Shown piece after piece: positions 7,745-18,700 of a DNA stretch of 34,020 nucleotides. Source of the DNA: a virus (lineage: Duplodnaviria > Caudoviricetes); the IMG/VR virus record IMGVR_UViG_3300032330_000493, positions 1-34,020 of that record. One strand, written 5' to 3'. The notes under the pieces are model-generated. The model saw nothing but the letters and a program-made list of their open reading frames with translations, was not told where the DNA came from and made no database searches. Each line of letters opens with the position of its first letter. Positions within the stretch are counted from its first letter, which is position 1. Position numbers and translations under genes: made by a program.

Positions 7745-10498
7745 TTAGCCTTCAGGTGTTGCAATCACTCTCATGTTCTTGACGTATGGAACAACTGATG
7801 GGTCATCCGCAAGAAGAACAAGTTTGACTGCAAATTGTTTAAACTTACCGCCAAGAGGATAGATTACTCCATTCTCTGTATATGAAAGTTTACCGCTAAT
7901 TGTTGATGGACGATATTGTAGTTCAACTGTGGTATCTTGGTCGGGAGAATACAAATCTTTAACCAGATTTAGTCTCTGCCACTTCTTGTCAAAGAAGTTT
8001 GCAGGGTCTTCAGTTGAAAGAACCTTGTAGTATGCAACAATATTAGTACCTTGAGGACGGGCTGCGCGAATGTACATTCTCAAATCACCAGCATCAAATC
8101 CGTCAGCAAGAGTAATCTTTCTGGTGATATATCTAGCCTTAGCATTACCGCCATAGTTAGAATTTTCACTAGCAACTACCGCAGTTGCGTTAGCATATGG
8201 AGATGCTACTGCAGTATCAGTAATTGTAATGGTTGGGGCTTCAACATATCCTGAACCAGCACTTGTTACATACACACCAGTAATATTGCCACCAAGAATC
8301 TGCGAGTTCAGTACTACTGCGGTTGCTGTTGTGCCATTAGCCAACTGAGGAGCAGAAATGCTTACTGTAATGCCAGTATTGGTTGAGTGCTGTCCGCCGC
8401 CACTAGTAATTGTAATGTTATTGCTTGTTAGTGAACCTGGGTTAATCTGGTTCTCAACTGCAACAACGCTAAATCTTTCAGAGTTGAACATTGGCGATAC
8501 ATCTGAGTCTGATGTTACAAGAGCAACTTGGACATTTAATGTATTTTTGTCACCAGCCTGAATAATCCTTCTGCGATTGTTAGTCTTAGAAGAATTCTTT
8601 AAATCCTTACCAAACTTGTACAACTCATTAGGAGTAATCTGGAAGTATGATGCGTCTTTACTCAAGTCACTTGCCAAAGTCGTTTTTGCATAGTATGAAA
8701 CATTTGCTACTGGGAAAGTTACATCAGTTGCGTGAATTAGAATTTCATCTGCGTATGAATTTGCAGTAGCAGGTTGAATACTATAAGTCAAAGTAGCAGG
8801 ACTTGTTGTAAAGACTGCTTTGTTGACAACAAACATTAAGTCTTGGTTCTGGAATGGAGTCCAAGTTGATGCATTCTGACTACGGAAGAAACTTCCTGCA
8901 TATGGTTGCTCAGAAACACGACGATTTGTTCCAAGAATGTTCTGACCAAGTTCAGAAATCCAAACTTCATAGTCTGGTGATTCTGACGCAACAACCAATG
9001 CGTATTCAGATGCCGCTTCAAGATATACTGGGTCACCAAAAGTGAACCGAGTGTATGTTGTTGAGTCTGATGCGCTTGGTAGAGTATTAACTCCATCGGC
9101 TGTATTTACAGATGAAGGATAAACAGTTGCTGATGCGAGAATATCCTGTGTTGGAAAACCATTTGCAGTTTTGACCAAACGAACTGATACAGGAAGTTGT
9201 GGTGCGCCAAGGGCTAGTGATGGTTTATTCTTGAAGAACAAATCAACAGAAGAAACAAAGATGCCATAATTTTGCTTTTGGCTCTTTGGTTTTGGCGTGA
9301 AGAATGTCTGTGCAACAGGGTCACGACGGCGACGAGGAATTACTGGAGTTGGCGGTTGAACAACCGGAGGTGGTGTTGGAGCAGGTGGAGGAGGAACCTG
9401 TACAATAGGCGTAATTCTTAGTTCTTGGCTTCTGTTTAACAAACCTGCTGCAACATACTTTGCGGTTGCGCGCATCTCAGCATCTTGGTCAGTTGCTGTT
9501 GATGCATCAGTAATAGTGAACAAACGCTCGCCAGTTCTAAATTTAAGGAGTGAATCTTCAGGAATAGTGAAGATACCTGAGATTCTACCATACTGGTCAA
9601 CTGTTGGAGTTGCAATAGAGTAGCGTGAATTGCTTGTTACTGCGACGCTCAATGCCGCATTGAGCGTAATCTTCATACCAGTTGAGTCGATGCTGTTGAT
9701 ACTGCGCAGCTGACCAACACCAGTACCAGAAGTGATGCGGATTAAATTACCCGCGCCAACTCCAGTGCTAACTAGATTTGAACGTACATTAATTGTACTA
9801 GTAGCCCCATCAACTACTAACACTTGTCCTGAATAGTGCTGATATGTTCCGACTGTTAAGGTGGTTGCCGGCGCATCTAGGTTTACTACTGTTTCTCCAG
9901 CTGTAAATCTCTTGCTTGGGGTGCTACCAATCGCGCTACGGATATTGCTTGTTGCGCTAGTGCTTGGAACCTTAAACAAGGTATTACCAACACCAGCTGC
10001 ATAGTTCATAGTACCATATTGAGGAGCAAGAACTAGGATTGTGTTAGCAACGTCCCAGTATTCAACTCTTGCCATAAAGGTATTTGAGTCGGCATTAGCA
10101 GCACCAGTTGCTGTACCATTTTGATAAACAACATCGCCTTTAGCATAGGAAGTTGATGTTAATGATACGCCAGCAATATTAACAGTTAGGTAATCTTCAT
10201 TTAGATAAATTGTATTATTTGGAGAGACATCAACGACACTTGCATAGGCTTTAGATGTAAAATTATACAGTTTATTTCCGCGTGAAATTCCAAGGTCGGT
10301 AGTTACACTTGCGGTTAGGACTGAAGGATTTTGTACAAAGCGGCTTACATCCGTTTCATCAAAGAAGAAGTTTGCGGCTTTAAAAGGCTTTAGGTCACCG
10401 GCAGCAAATTCAACATCACCCTTTCTAATAAAAGGCACAATGCTAGTATCAACCAGAAACTGACCTGAAGTAACCGTAATTGGATTTTGTGTAGCCAT
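7745..10498 (-). CDS. VrlC/DUF4815-like baseplate-associated structural protein, C-terminal part
   Basis: LVDTSIVPFIR...LKP...FFD, FRTGERLF, RDPVAQTFF, SEQPYAGSFFRSQNASTWT, FKQFAVKLVL...VPYVKNMRVIAT motifs. Confidence 0.8.
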   Translation of the reverse strand: MATQNPITVTSGQFLVDTSIVPFIRKGDVEFAAGDLKPFKAANFFFDETDVSRFVQNPSVLTASVTTDLGISRGNKLYNFTSKAYASVVDVSPNNTIYLNEDYLTVNIAGVSLTSTSYAKGDVVYQNGTATGAANADSNTFMARVEYWDVANTILVLAPQYGTMNYAAGVGNTLFKVPSTSATSNIRSAIGSTPSKRFTAGETVVNLDAPATTLTVGTYQHYSGQVLVVDGATSTINVRSNLVSTGVGAGNLIRITSGTGVGQLRSINSIDSTGMKITLNAALSVAVTSNSRYSIATPTVDQYGRISGIFTIPEDSLLKFRTGERLFTITDASTATDQDAEMRATAKYVAAGLLNRSQELRITPIVQVPPPPAPTPPPVVQPPTPVIPRRRRDPVAQTFFTPKPKSQKQNYGIFVSSVDLFFKNKPSLALGAPQLPVSVRLVKTANGFPTQDILASATVYPSSVNTADGVNTLPSASDSTTYTRFTFGDPVYLEAASEYALVVASESPDYEVWISELGQNILGTNRRVSEQPYAGSFFRSQNASTWTPFQNQDLMFVVNKAVFTTSPATLTYSIQPATANSYADEILIHATDVTFPVANVSYYAKTTLASDLSKDASYFQITPNELYKFGKDLKNSSKTNNRRRIIQAGDKNTLNVQVALVTSDSDVSPMFNSERFSVVAVENQINPGSLTSNNITITSGGGQHSTNTGITVSISAPQLANGTTATAVVLNSQILGGNITGVYVTSAGSGYVEAPTITITDTAVASPYANATAVVASENSNYGGNAKARYITRKITLADGFDAGDLRMYIRAARPQGTNIVAYYKVLSTEDPANFFDKKWQRLNLVKDLYSPDQDTTVELQYRPSTISGKLSYTENGVIYPLGGKFKQFAVKLVLLADDPSVVPYVKNMRVIATPEG

Positions 10499-10517
10499 AT
10501 TTGCTTTTTACCTATCT

Positions 10518-13500
10518 TTAAAATCTGTTTATTCCGGTGAACATAGTGCCAAGATTACTTATTCTAGGGTCACTACCGCCACTTATACCAGGAATAGTAC
10601 TACCAAAAGTTACATCAAAATTTGAAACACTTGGGGCAAGCCAAGGTGTAGCAATACCGGAACCAAACCAGTTGTTATTGATATCTATAGTACCAAATCC
10701 GTCAACAGGATTAATTTGATTCTGCCAGAAGTTTGGCAAACCTACTGTAACAGGAGCACTTACCAAATTTGCAGAAGGATTAATTTCTGGTGCTGGAGTT
10801 GGTTCTGACGGTGATGGTGGCTGCTCTAAGTGCGGAGAAATTTGAGTTGATGCGCTCAATATTTCTGGAACTAGTTGTGTGCTATACCAATAATCTGTTT
10901 CAGGAAATAGTTGCATTGAACCATAGAACTGTGCAAACTCATAAGGTTGAACAGTAATGGATTTGGTAACCGCATCTTGGCTAATGCAGGCTTCTTCTGT
11001 ATATGCTAATGAAATTGTTCTATCATTAACACTAATTGAACCTGAGACAGATTGATAGTCCAGTTTAAATGGCTTCTGTGCGCGATAAGGTCCAAGTCTT
11101 GCCTTGGAGATGTTGCATACTAGGTCGGCACTAGTTCCATCAGCCACAGTAAAGTCAGTAAAATCATCGGTGACAATACCGTACTTTTCCTTTTCTAGAA
11201 CATTGTCTTCATAAAGAATAGTTTCATTTCTTGCCTGTAATTCTAGAACATTTAATGCTGTATAGTATTCAATATTTTCTACGCGCTTTTCTAGTGCGCC
11301 GATATCACGCATCGTGTAACGTTTGTTTTCAACATATTCAATACCAATCTCAGCAACATTTGCCGTGTATGGCGGGATGTAAAGATTATAGAGCGTCATG
11401 CCATCATCAGAGTTTGGCGGCATTACCGGAGCAATAGATGCTACGCCCTTAACAATCTTGAACTCCTTATCGCGAGTCAATACCAATTTGTCAATTCTAG
11501 GAACATAATAATTGTATGTTGCCTGGAAGAAAAATTCAGGACTTGGAATGTCGCGAGTTGAAAGCGAGAAGGTGCTTGGGTCAGTAATGACTGAATTGGC
11601 TCTTGTTGGACGGAAATCAACTGCATCACGCAGAGAAATTACTCCATCCTTTGTAGCATAGTTTGGAATCTGGTTAGTTGTATAGTATGAACTGTATGAT
11701 GCAGAGTTAAAGTATGTTGAACCAGTGTGGTCAAAGGATTGCAATAAGAATACTGTTTGACCTGTTGGTGCAGCGTACCCGCCTCTCAACGTTACAGTAG
11801 CAAAGTCATAGTAGTTATCACGTTGACCGCCGTCTAGAACATAACGTTCTGTAATATCAATTGCATTGGTTGAGTTTGGTGCCCAAGAAATATTACCTGA
11901 ATCATAGGCTTTTATCAAACGAATTACGTCTGTAACATATAAAGACTGCGGAACACCAGGAGTTTTCTGGATGTAAGTTGGACTCTTGAACCAAACTTGA
12001 GAGTCTTTAGTCTTGTTAATGTAGACATTACTGCTCGTGCCAACAACAGCCAAACCAGTTGTATAAGTGTCAGTTACTGTCAAAGTGGTGTTTGACGTGT
12101 TGCCCTTTAATGTCTTACCGCCAGAACCCGCATCAAGCATCTGCAATGTTGCAACAATATCTGCGGTCTGCGCTGACGCATAAGTTCCCTTAATGCGGAT
12201 GGTTAGTGACGTGTCAGATACTTGACTTACAAGATTTGGAGTTGCACCCAAATCCATAACCTTACCGTCAAAACGATTAATTACAATAAAGTTAGCCTTT
12301 GCGGTAGTGGTAGACAAGTCGCCATTTCCAAAGAAGAACTTTTCATTACCTGTAGCAGCAAGAGTAAATGTCACGTTGCTGCCGCTTGGTACTGCGCTGG
12401 TTGAGGTGAAAACCTTCTTTTTGTAGTATGTAATATTAGAGAAGGCTGATGCTGTAACGTAAGTTTCAGGAAGCGAGTATACTACGCCACCACGATTACC
12501 ATCAAACAGAACAGCCTTGCCATCAACACTCTTACCATTGTAGGCAATATCCATTGATGGTAGGAATGGCGTTGTAGCATCTTGCCCAACGTACATATTG
12601 CTTGTAAAGACAGTTGGCGCTCTTACAATAGAATCACAATCCTTAATGTTATACATTAGGCTAATGATGGATGGGGATGATGTATCTAATGTGGTAGCAA
12701 AAGGAACATCAACAACAGCAATCTTAGTTGTACCGTTATATGATGTAATTGTTCTGTTGTATGAGTCAGTTCCTGTACCAGAAACCATTCTTAGATTGAC
12801 GCCTTTATAGGCATCATCTAATGTGGAGAACGTGGCGCCTAGATTTACAGATTGCGCGTTTGCGGTAACTGTAGTAACAGTAATGTTTTTTGGCGCAGTA
12901 TTAACATCAAGAAGATATGTATAATAATCGGTGCCGCTTGCTAAGTCAACATTACGAATTCTAGCAGTACCAATCTTTGTGTTGCTATAAACTGCTGAGG
13001 ACTTGGTGTTGATACTTGCTACCGGAACAGTGTGTAAGTCTACGGATTCATATGATGCCATATCAAAGAAGCCGTTAGCGCCACCAGAATATACGTTTGA
13101 AGTGATTACATAACTGCCATAATCTAAGGAGAAACTATAGTCTTTTGATGTGGCTGAAGTATTGGCTTTGTCATTAGTTAATGAGATTGTACCAAAAGTT
13201 TCAAACTCATATCCTTTAACATAAGCCTTGCCAGGTTCAATGTTAACCTTAAAAGTATTAGCCGTTGCTTGATTTTCAGATACGGTAACACGAAATGGTT
13301 TAACTGTGTAATCGCCCGACTCATCATACGTGCGACGAGCAAGAGTTTTTTCAATTTCTGAATATACAGGATAATCAATTTGTTTAGTGATATTGCCATT
13401 TTCTACACGAAGCAATTCGAAAAATTTGCTGTCATCTGTAGAGGTTAATGCGCGCTTAGTTAGTTCAAGGTCAAACTGGTAACGAGTTGCGCCTGGGGCT

Positions 13501-14186
13501 TGGAAGTTGAAAGACTCTTGCGCGGGGTCTAGTAGAGAAGAGTCGCCTGACTCATTAACAATTCCATCTACAATCTGTAGACCAACCTTATAACTAGGTG
13601 TTCTGCTATATGGGTCTAGTACGATTGTTTGTGCTGCAACATATACAAAGTAACCATCAACGTAGAAAATACCTTCATTGATAGAAACTGTTGAAGCCGA
13701 TGATGAGGCATCAGCGGCAGTTGTGGTAGCATAAACTGAAGTATTAGCAACTTGAAGATTCTGACTAGTAGAGAATTCATTTGCAGTTAAGTACTTGACA
13801 ACTAAAGTTGGATTTACTTGGGAACTATCTACTGTGACAACTACAGCCTTTACATTAGCAGTTCCAGTATCTTTGATTAGGTTGCCATTAAAATCGGTTA
13901 GGTCAATGTCGACATTATTATATTGAGGAAGTAATTTTACAGATTTAGCATTAGTATCAAGTGTTAGATGACCGCCTTGAACTGGGGAACCATCTTTAAA
14001 AATATGGTCACCAAAAGATTTAATCTGATTTTGAAGAATAGATTGAATCTGCGTTAGTTCACGAGCCTGTACAGCCTTTCCTGGTCTAAACAGGATGCGC
14101 ATGTAATTTTGCTCTTTAGCGCCACCTGATGATTCAAAATCATCGTAGTAGGGGTCAATATTAAAATTAAAACTGGTGTTTGCCAT
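10518..14186 (-). CDS. VrlC/DUF4815-like baseplate-associated structural protein, N-terminal part
   Basis: FNIDPYYDDF, RILFRPGKAVQARELTQIQSILQNQI, LARRTYDESGDY, PGKAYVKGYE, NKRYTMRDIGALEKRVENIEYYT motifs. Confidence 0.85.
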   Translation of the reverse strand: MANTSFNFNIDPYYDDFESSGGAKEQNYMRILFRPGKAVQARELTQIQSILQNQIKSFGDHIFKDGSPVQGGHLTLDTNAKSVKLLPQYNNVDIDLTDFNGNLIKDTGTANVKAVVVTVDSSQVNPTLVVKYLTANEFSTSQNLQVANTSVYATTTAADASSSASTVSINEGIFYVDGYFVYVAAQTIVLDPYSRTPSYKVGLQIVDGIVNESGDSSLLDPAQESFNFQAPGATRYQFDLELTKRALTSTDDSKFFELLRVENGNITKQIDYPVYSEIEKTLARRTYDESGDYTVKPFRVTVSENQATANTFKVNIEPGKAYVKGYEFETFGTISLTNDKANTSATSKDYSFSLDYGSYVITSNVYSGGANGFFDMASYESVDLHTVPVASINTKSSAVYSNTKIGTARIRNVDLASGTDYYTYLLDVNTAPKNITVTTVTANAQSVNLGATFSTLDDAYKGVNLRMVSGTGTDSYNRTITSYNGTTKIAVVDVPFATTLDTSSPSIISLMYNIKDCDSIVRAPTVFTSNMYVGQDATTPFLPSMDIAYNGKSVDGKAVLFDGNRGGVVYSLPETYVTASAFSNITYYKKKVFTSTSAVPSGSNVTFTLAATGNEKFFFGNGDLSTTTAKANFIVINRFDGKVMDLGATPNLVSQVSDTSLTIRIKGTYASAQTADIVATLQMLDAGSGGKTLKGNTSNTTLTVTDTYTTGLAVVGTSSNVYINKTKDSQVWFKSPTYIQKTPGVPQSLYVTDVIRLIKAYDSGNISWAPNSTNAIDITERYVLDGGQRDNYYDFATVTLRGGYAAPTGQTVFLLQSFDHTGSTYFNSASYSSYYTTNQIPNYATKDGVISLRDAVDFRPTRANSVITDPSTFSLSTRDIPSPEFFFQATYNYYVPRIDKLVLTRDKEFKIVKGVASIAPVMPPNSDDGMTLYNLYIPPYTANVAEIGIEYVENKRYTMRDIGALEKRVENIEYYTALNVLELQARNETILYEDNVLEKEKYGIVTDDFTDFTVADGTSADLVCNISKARLGPYRAQKPFKLDYQSVSGSISVNDRTISLAYTEEACISQDAVTKSITVQPYEFAQFYGSMQLFPETDYWYSTQLVPEILSASTQISPHLEQPPSPSEPTPAPEINPSANLVSAPVTVGLPNFWQNQINPVDGFGTIDINNNWFGSGIATPWLAPSVSNFDVTFGSTIPGISGGSDPRISNLGTMFTGINRF

Positions 14187-14196
14187 GTAATTTTAC

Positions 14197-15783
14197 CTAA
14201 AACTTAAATACGAGTTTAATCTGTTCGGCTTGGTTAGTTGTTCTGGTTATTGCTGCAATGTTTTCCATAAACAGAACATCACCAGAACGTTTCACCCCAG
14301 AAGTATCTAGAGATTGGGCATTTCCAATAACTCCTGAAACAAATGGACCAGTATTTGCAAATGTGCCTTTAGTGTTATTTAGTAGCAAATATGGATTGGT
14401 AAATGCTACAACCGTACCCTGATAGCCACTGCTTTGCACAACACGTGTTCCAACAGTTGGAGTTGAACTTACAGCAACTTCAAGATTAGAGGTTAATGCA
14501 ATTTCGCCTGTTGAAATGTATGCGCTATTAGCATATTGCGGATTGCGAATGACGGAAACTTGTCTAAATGCTACTGAACCAGCAGTTGAACTTATAGGAA
14601 GGGTGCCAGACACATTTGAGGCAAATTCAACGCTTAGAGCAACAAACTTAGCGCCCAAATCCTTAGCAGGGTCGTAACCAAATCCGCCAGGAGGTCCAAT
14701 TAGTGCTTCAAATATTGCGCCAGTACCACTAGTATCTGATGTTGTTACATCAGCAAAACTATATCCTGCACCATTATTGGCTGATAAGAGTTCTGTAATA
14801 GTTGTTGAATCTAGAGCAGCCGACTGATATACATTAGCAACATAACTTGCTCCAGTACCATCACCAGAAATAGTGATAATGTCTGCACTTGTGCAAGCAG
14901 TATTTGAATTGTATCCTGAGCCGCTATCAAGAATTCGAATATGTTCAATAGCACCATCTGTTGCAGTAGATGATACAATCGCATCAGTTGTTACTGGCAT
15001 CCAAGAATTACTATCCGCATCAGTAAAGAGGAACTTCTCCTTTAATCCGGATGGAATTGTATACAAATATCGCCAAATATATCCATCAGTTGTAGATTGA
15101 ATAAGTTTACCCATTGAGAAATTTTCTGGGCGTAATACTGGTTCAACTGTTGATGCGGTATCGCCATTATTGAAGATGCAGATGAATACTTGGTCATATG
15201 AATTTCTTACATAGAAATTCTTGCCGTAGTATGGGTAAGCATCAGTAACCTTATACGCAAGGTTATTTGTGTATGTAAATTCTGATGCGGTATTTACGGT
15301 CAGACTGATGCTAGAGTCTATTGAGAAAATCTCTTTGCGAATAGGGTATGTTTCTGCACCTGTACCTGACAACTGGATAATGTTACCGACAACTAGTTCA
15401 TTAGAGAACAGAGTAGTGCTAGTGCCGTATGACAGTACCTTTGAACCGGAACTAATTGTAACGTTACCTGTCAACTGAGTTAACGTCTCATGAGAATACA
15501 TCTCATCACCACTGTTAAACTGGTCGTAGACGGTTGATGTAACCCAAACTACATCTGGAACGACAAGATTAATATCAGATGAAGTAATTTTCTTAAGTGC
15601 AACTAGATTTTGAAATAGGTCACTATACTTGTTAAGTGTTTCTAAGGCAACTGGAGTACCAAATGAAGATGAAACTTGACCAAGCCCCACGTAAGTATTT
15701 CCGGTGTCATTTGTCAAAGCATCTTCATATGCTCTTGCCATTACAACGCCGTTGAGGGCAGTAGATTTTGAATATCTATGCAT
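14197..15783 (-). CDS. gp8: Baseplate wedge subunit
   Basis: ALKKITSSDI..VVP...W, FYVRNSYDQVFICIFN, DGYIWRYLYTI, GPPGGFG, FRQV, ENIAAITRTTNQAEQIKLVFKF; follows gp7. Confidence 0.9.
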   Translation of the reverse strand: MHRYSKSTALNGVVMARAYEDALTNDTGNTYVGLGQVSSSFGTPVALETLNKYSDLFQNLVALKKITSSDINLVVPDVVWVTSTVYDQFNSGDEMYSHETLTQLTGNVTISSGSKVLSYGTSTTLFSNELVVGNIIQLSGTGAETYPIRKEIFSIDSSISLTVNTASEFTYTNNLAYKVTDAYPYYGKNFYVRNSYDQVFICIFNNGDTASTVEPVLRPENFSMGKLIQSTTDGYIWRYLYTIPSGLKEKFLFTDADSNSWMPVTTDAIVSSTATDGAIEHIRILDSGSGYNSNTACTSADIITISGDGTGASYVANVYQSAALDSTTITELLSANNGAGYSFADVTTSDTSGTGAIFEALIGPPGGFGYDPAKDLGAKFVALSVEFASNVSGTLPISSTAGSVAFRQVSVIRNPQYANSAYISTGEIALTSNLEVAVSSTPTVGTRVVQSSGYQGTVVAFTNPYLLLNNTKGTFANTGPFVSGVIGNAQSLDTSGVKRSGDVLFMENIAAITRTTNQAEQIKLVFKF

Positions 15784-18700
15784 TAGATGTTTCTCTCAAT
15801 CTTAATTGGTACGTTTCTAAAATCAGGGTCAATCCAATATCCCAGATTTGAATTACTTATTGGCGGCGCAGATGCTAACTGGATGATGTTATTTGTTGGT
15901 GTAGCCGCAACTCTGCGTACAACCACGTGGTTATCATTTCCAGTTACATCATAGTCAAATTTGTCAAAGATTCTTAAGTAATCATTAACAAGAATCTTTC
16001 CTGCTACATTCTCGCTGCAGGTCGCATAAACTGATGAACTATTTAGACTTAGCAATCCAAATCCGCTAATGATTACAGGTTGAGTTGTATTTAGGCGTGT
16101 ACTTGAAGCAACGCTCTCAACAGTCAAGGTAACTTGTCTGTAGGTATTAGTATAGTTTAATATGATTCTATCACCTGCGGCTAATGAACCGCCGCTTGGA
16201 CCCATTGTGCTAAAGTTTGTTGTTGATACGCTGTTTGACGTGATATTGCGCGTGTTTGCAGTGTTTAGATTTGCGTTTGCATTGCTACCTGCGTAGTAAC
16301 CAGAGAACAACATTACACCAGCATTAATATTGCCAGTATTTTGGTATAATTTAATGTATTGTCCAAGAGCAGGGTCTACTGTAACAGTAAATGCGTCACT
16401 CACCTTGGTATGTGCAATTAATTGCATTCCCGCAGGATGCACAATATTAAACATAGTTTGATTAAAGTCATTAAGTTGCTTTTCTGATTCTAAAACATAT
16501 GAGAAGTTATGGTATTTGTCATTGTTCTGTAATTTTTTATCTGCTGATAGGAATCCGTCAGTATTCAAAAAGTAACCGGGATAACTTTGTGTTCCATCAA
16601 CAAAATTTACATTTGCTTTGGCTTGACCATTACCATAAATCTTATATCCAATAACGGCTAATTTAGCATTACTTTGCACAATAACTAGAGCATTAGAGGT
16701 GTTAATTGCACCATTATAATTATACACTCTAATTGTATTATTAGATGATAGCGTAGCCGTATCAAGTGATGTATAATATGCATCAACATTACCAGTAAAA
16801 TCAGCTGTTGATAAATTTGCACCTTGATATACTGTTAAGGATTGGTCACTTTGGATACTTGATGATAGATTTGATACATATACATCAATTACTTTTAATG
16901 ATGCGGATGGTGTTGAAGAATAACCAAATCCAAGGTTGTCCATAGCAATTTCAGTAATCTTACCAACGTCATCTACAGCAAGAGCAACTTCTGCGCCACT
17001 ATTAAAGCCATATGCTTTTAGTAAGCCACCTGAACCAGCCCCGCTAATTGTTACAGTAGGCATTATGCTATAATTATAGCCACGATTTGTTATGGTAACA
17101 CCAGTTAATGCGCCACCAGATGCAACGATAGTGCCGGCAGCACCAATACCGTCACCACCAGTAAACACGAGAGATTGCCCAGTAGTGTAACCGCTGCCTG
17201 TGGCTTGTATTTCAATTGCGGCAATTAAACCAAGTGATGAGATTGCAATATTTGTTGTTCCGTCAACTTGATAAACAGTATTGAAACTTAGTGTTGGCGG
17301 GGTTGTATAGTCATGACCACCATTGTTAATGACGAGCGACTCAATAGGATAGAAATTGATTGTCTCAAATCTAAACAATGTTGACAGTGCTTGAGTTCCG
17401 GTAATATTGGCAGAAGTACAAGCAGGCAATCCCCAACCGCCAGCAAGATTTAAAGCCTTGGTTGAATATGGTTGAATTGTGTCATTGGCTAGAGTTAGAG
17501 CAATTACATTAGCAGTAACTACGCTACCAACGCTAATTGAACCCTCTACACCTTCAGGATTTGATGGGTCATTAACAACTGTAACTGTTGTATATGGGTT
17601 TGCTCTATATCCATAACCACCTTTGACCAAATCTAGTGATATAACGCGACCACTAGTTACTGCTGAAACATATGCGGTAGCCTGAGAGAAACCTGCTGTT
17701 GTAGTTGCATCAGTTCCATCTGAACCGCCATAAATTACAACAGGGTCATTAACCTTATAGGTCAAACCTCTTCTGTTTGGGTCAACTACAACGCTGCCAA
17801 CAAATCCAAAGATTCTCTCAGTAAAGATTCTATCATTACCGTCAGCATCAACGTATTCAACTTCAATCAATTCATTATTGACAAATTCGCCACGAATGTT
17901 TGATAGGAACATTTCGGTATATGGCGATTTGGTAAATTCATCAATACGAGTAAATGCTTTTTCAACTGTAGCAGTTGCTTTTGACACTAAACCTGTAACA
18001 ATCTTTCGCTCAACAAAACTTGGTGAGATTTTTTCTTTTTCGCGGAATGCAAAACTAATTAGACCAATATTTGCTGCTGCAGTAGATTTAACTATGCCGA
18101 GATTATTAGCACTGCGATATACTTTGTCATACTCAAGAACAAATCGGTCATCGCCAAATTTGCTATTAGCGAGAGTTGAATTGTTTGCAGTATCTACATT
18201 AATAGTTGTGCCACGTTCTTCTTTACCAAAAGTAAAGACATAGGCTGGAGTATTTGCAGCATCAACGGGCAAATTTATAGATGCAGAAGTTGTAGCATAT
18301 CGGAAAATGCTGTTTGATGCAATAGCAGTAACAGGTTCTAAATTACCAATTTCAAATACTTGAATACCATCAAATTGTAATGTTACAGTATTTAAACCTG
18401 TACCAAAAACGGCTTCTAGTGTTGCCTTAGTTAGATTATTGTCATATGTAATACGCTTTGCGTCACTAGTGATGTCTTGGAGATAGAAGGCTTCCATTAC
18501 CTCAAGCATTACTTGGCTGCTATAACCTGAGCGGTTAGTACTGACACTAGGAGTTGACAATAAGTTAATAAATGCTGTTCCTGCGGAATCAACCATAGTA
18601 CCAACAACTTGACTGCTTGCCAAGTATGAAATTAACGTATTGTATATTGTTGTACCAGATGTCCCGGTATTTACCCAAATTTTGTATGAAGCAAATCCAA

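Noticed and set aside
10499-10517. Stop-codon read-through or alternative genetic code joining the VrlC halves
   Set aside because: The halves are in different frames, and TAA, TAG and TGA all terminate conserved genes at expected positions in this window.
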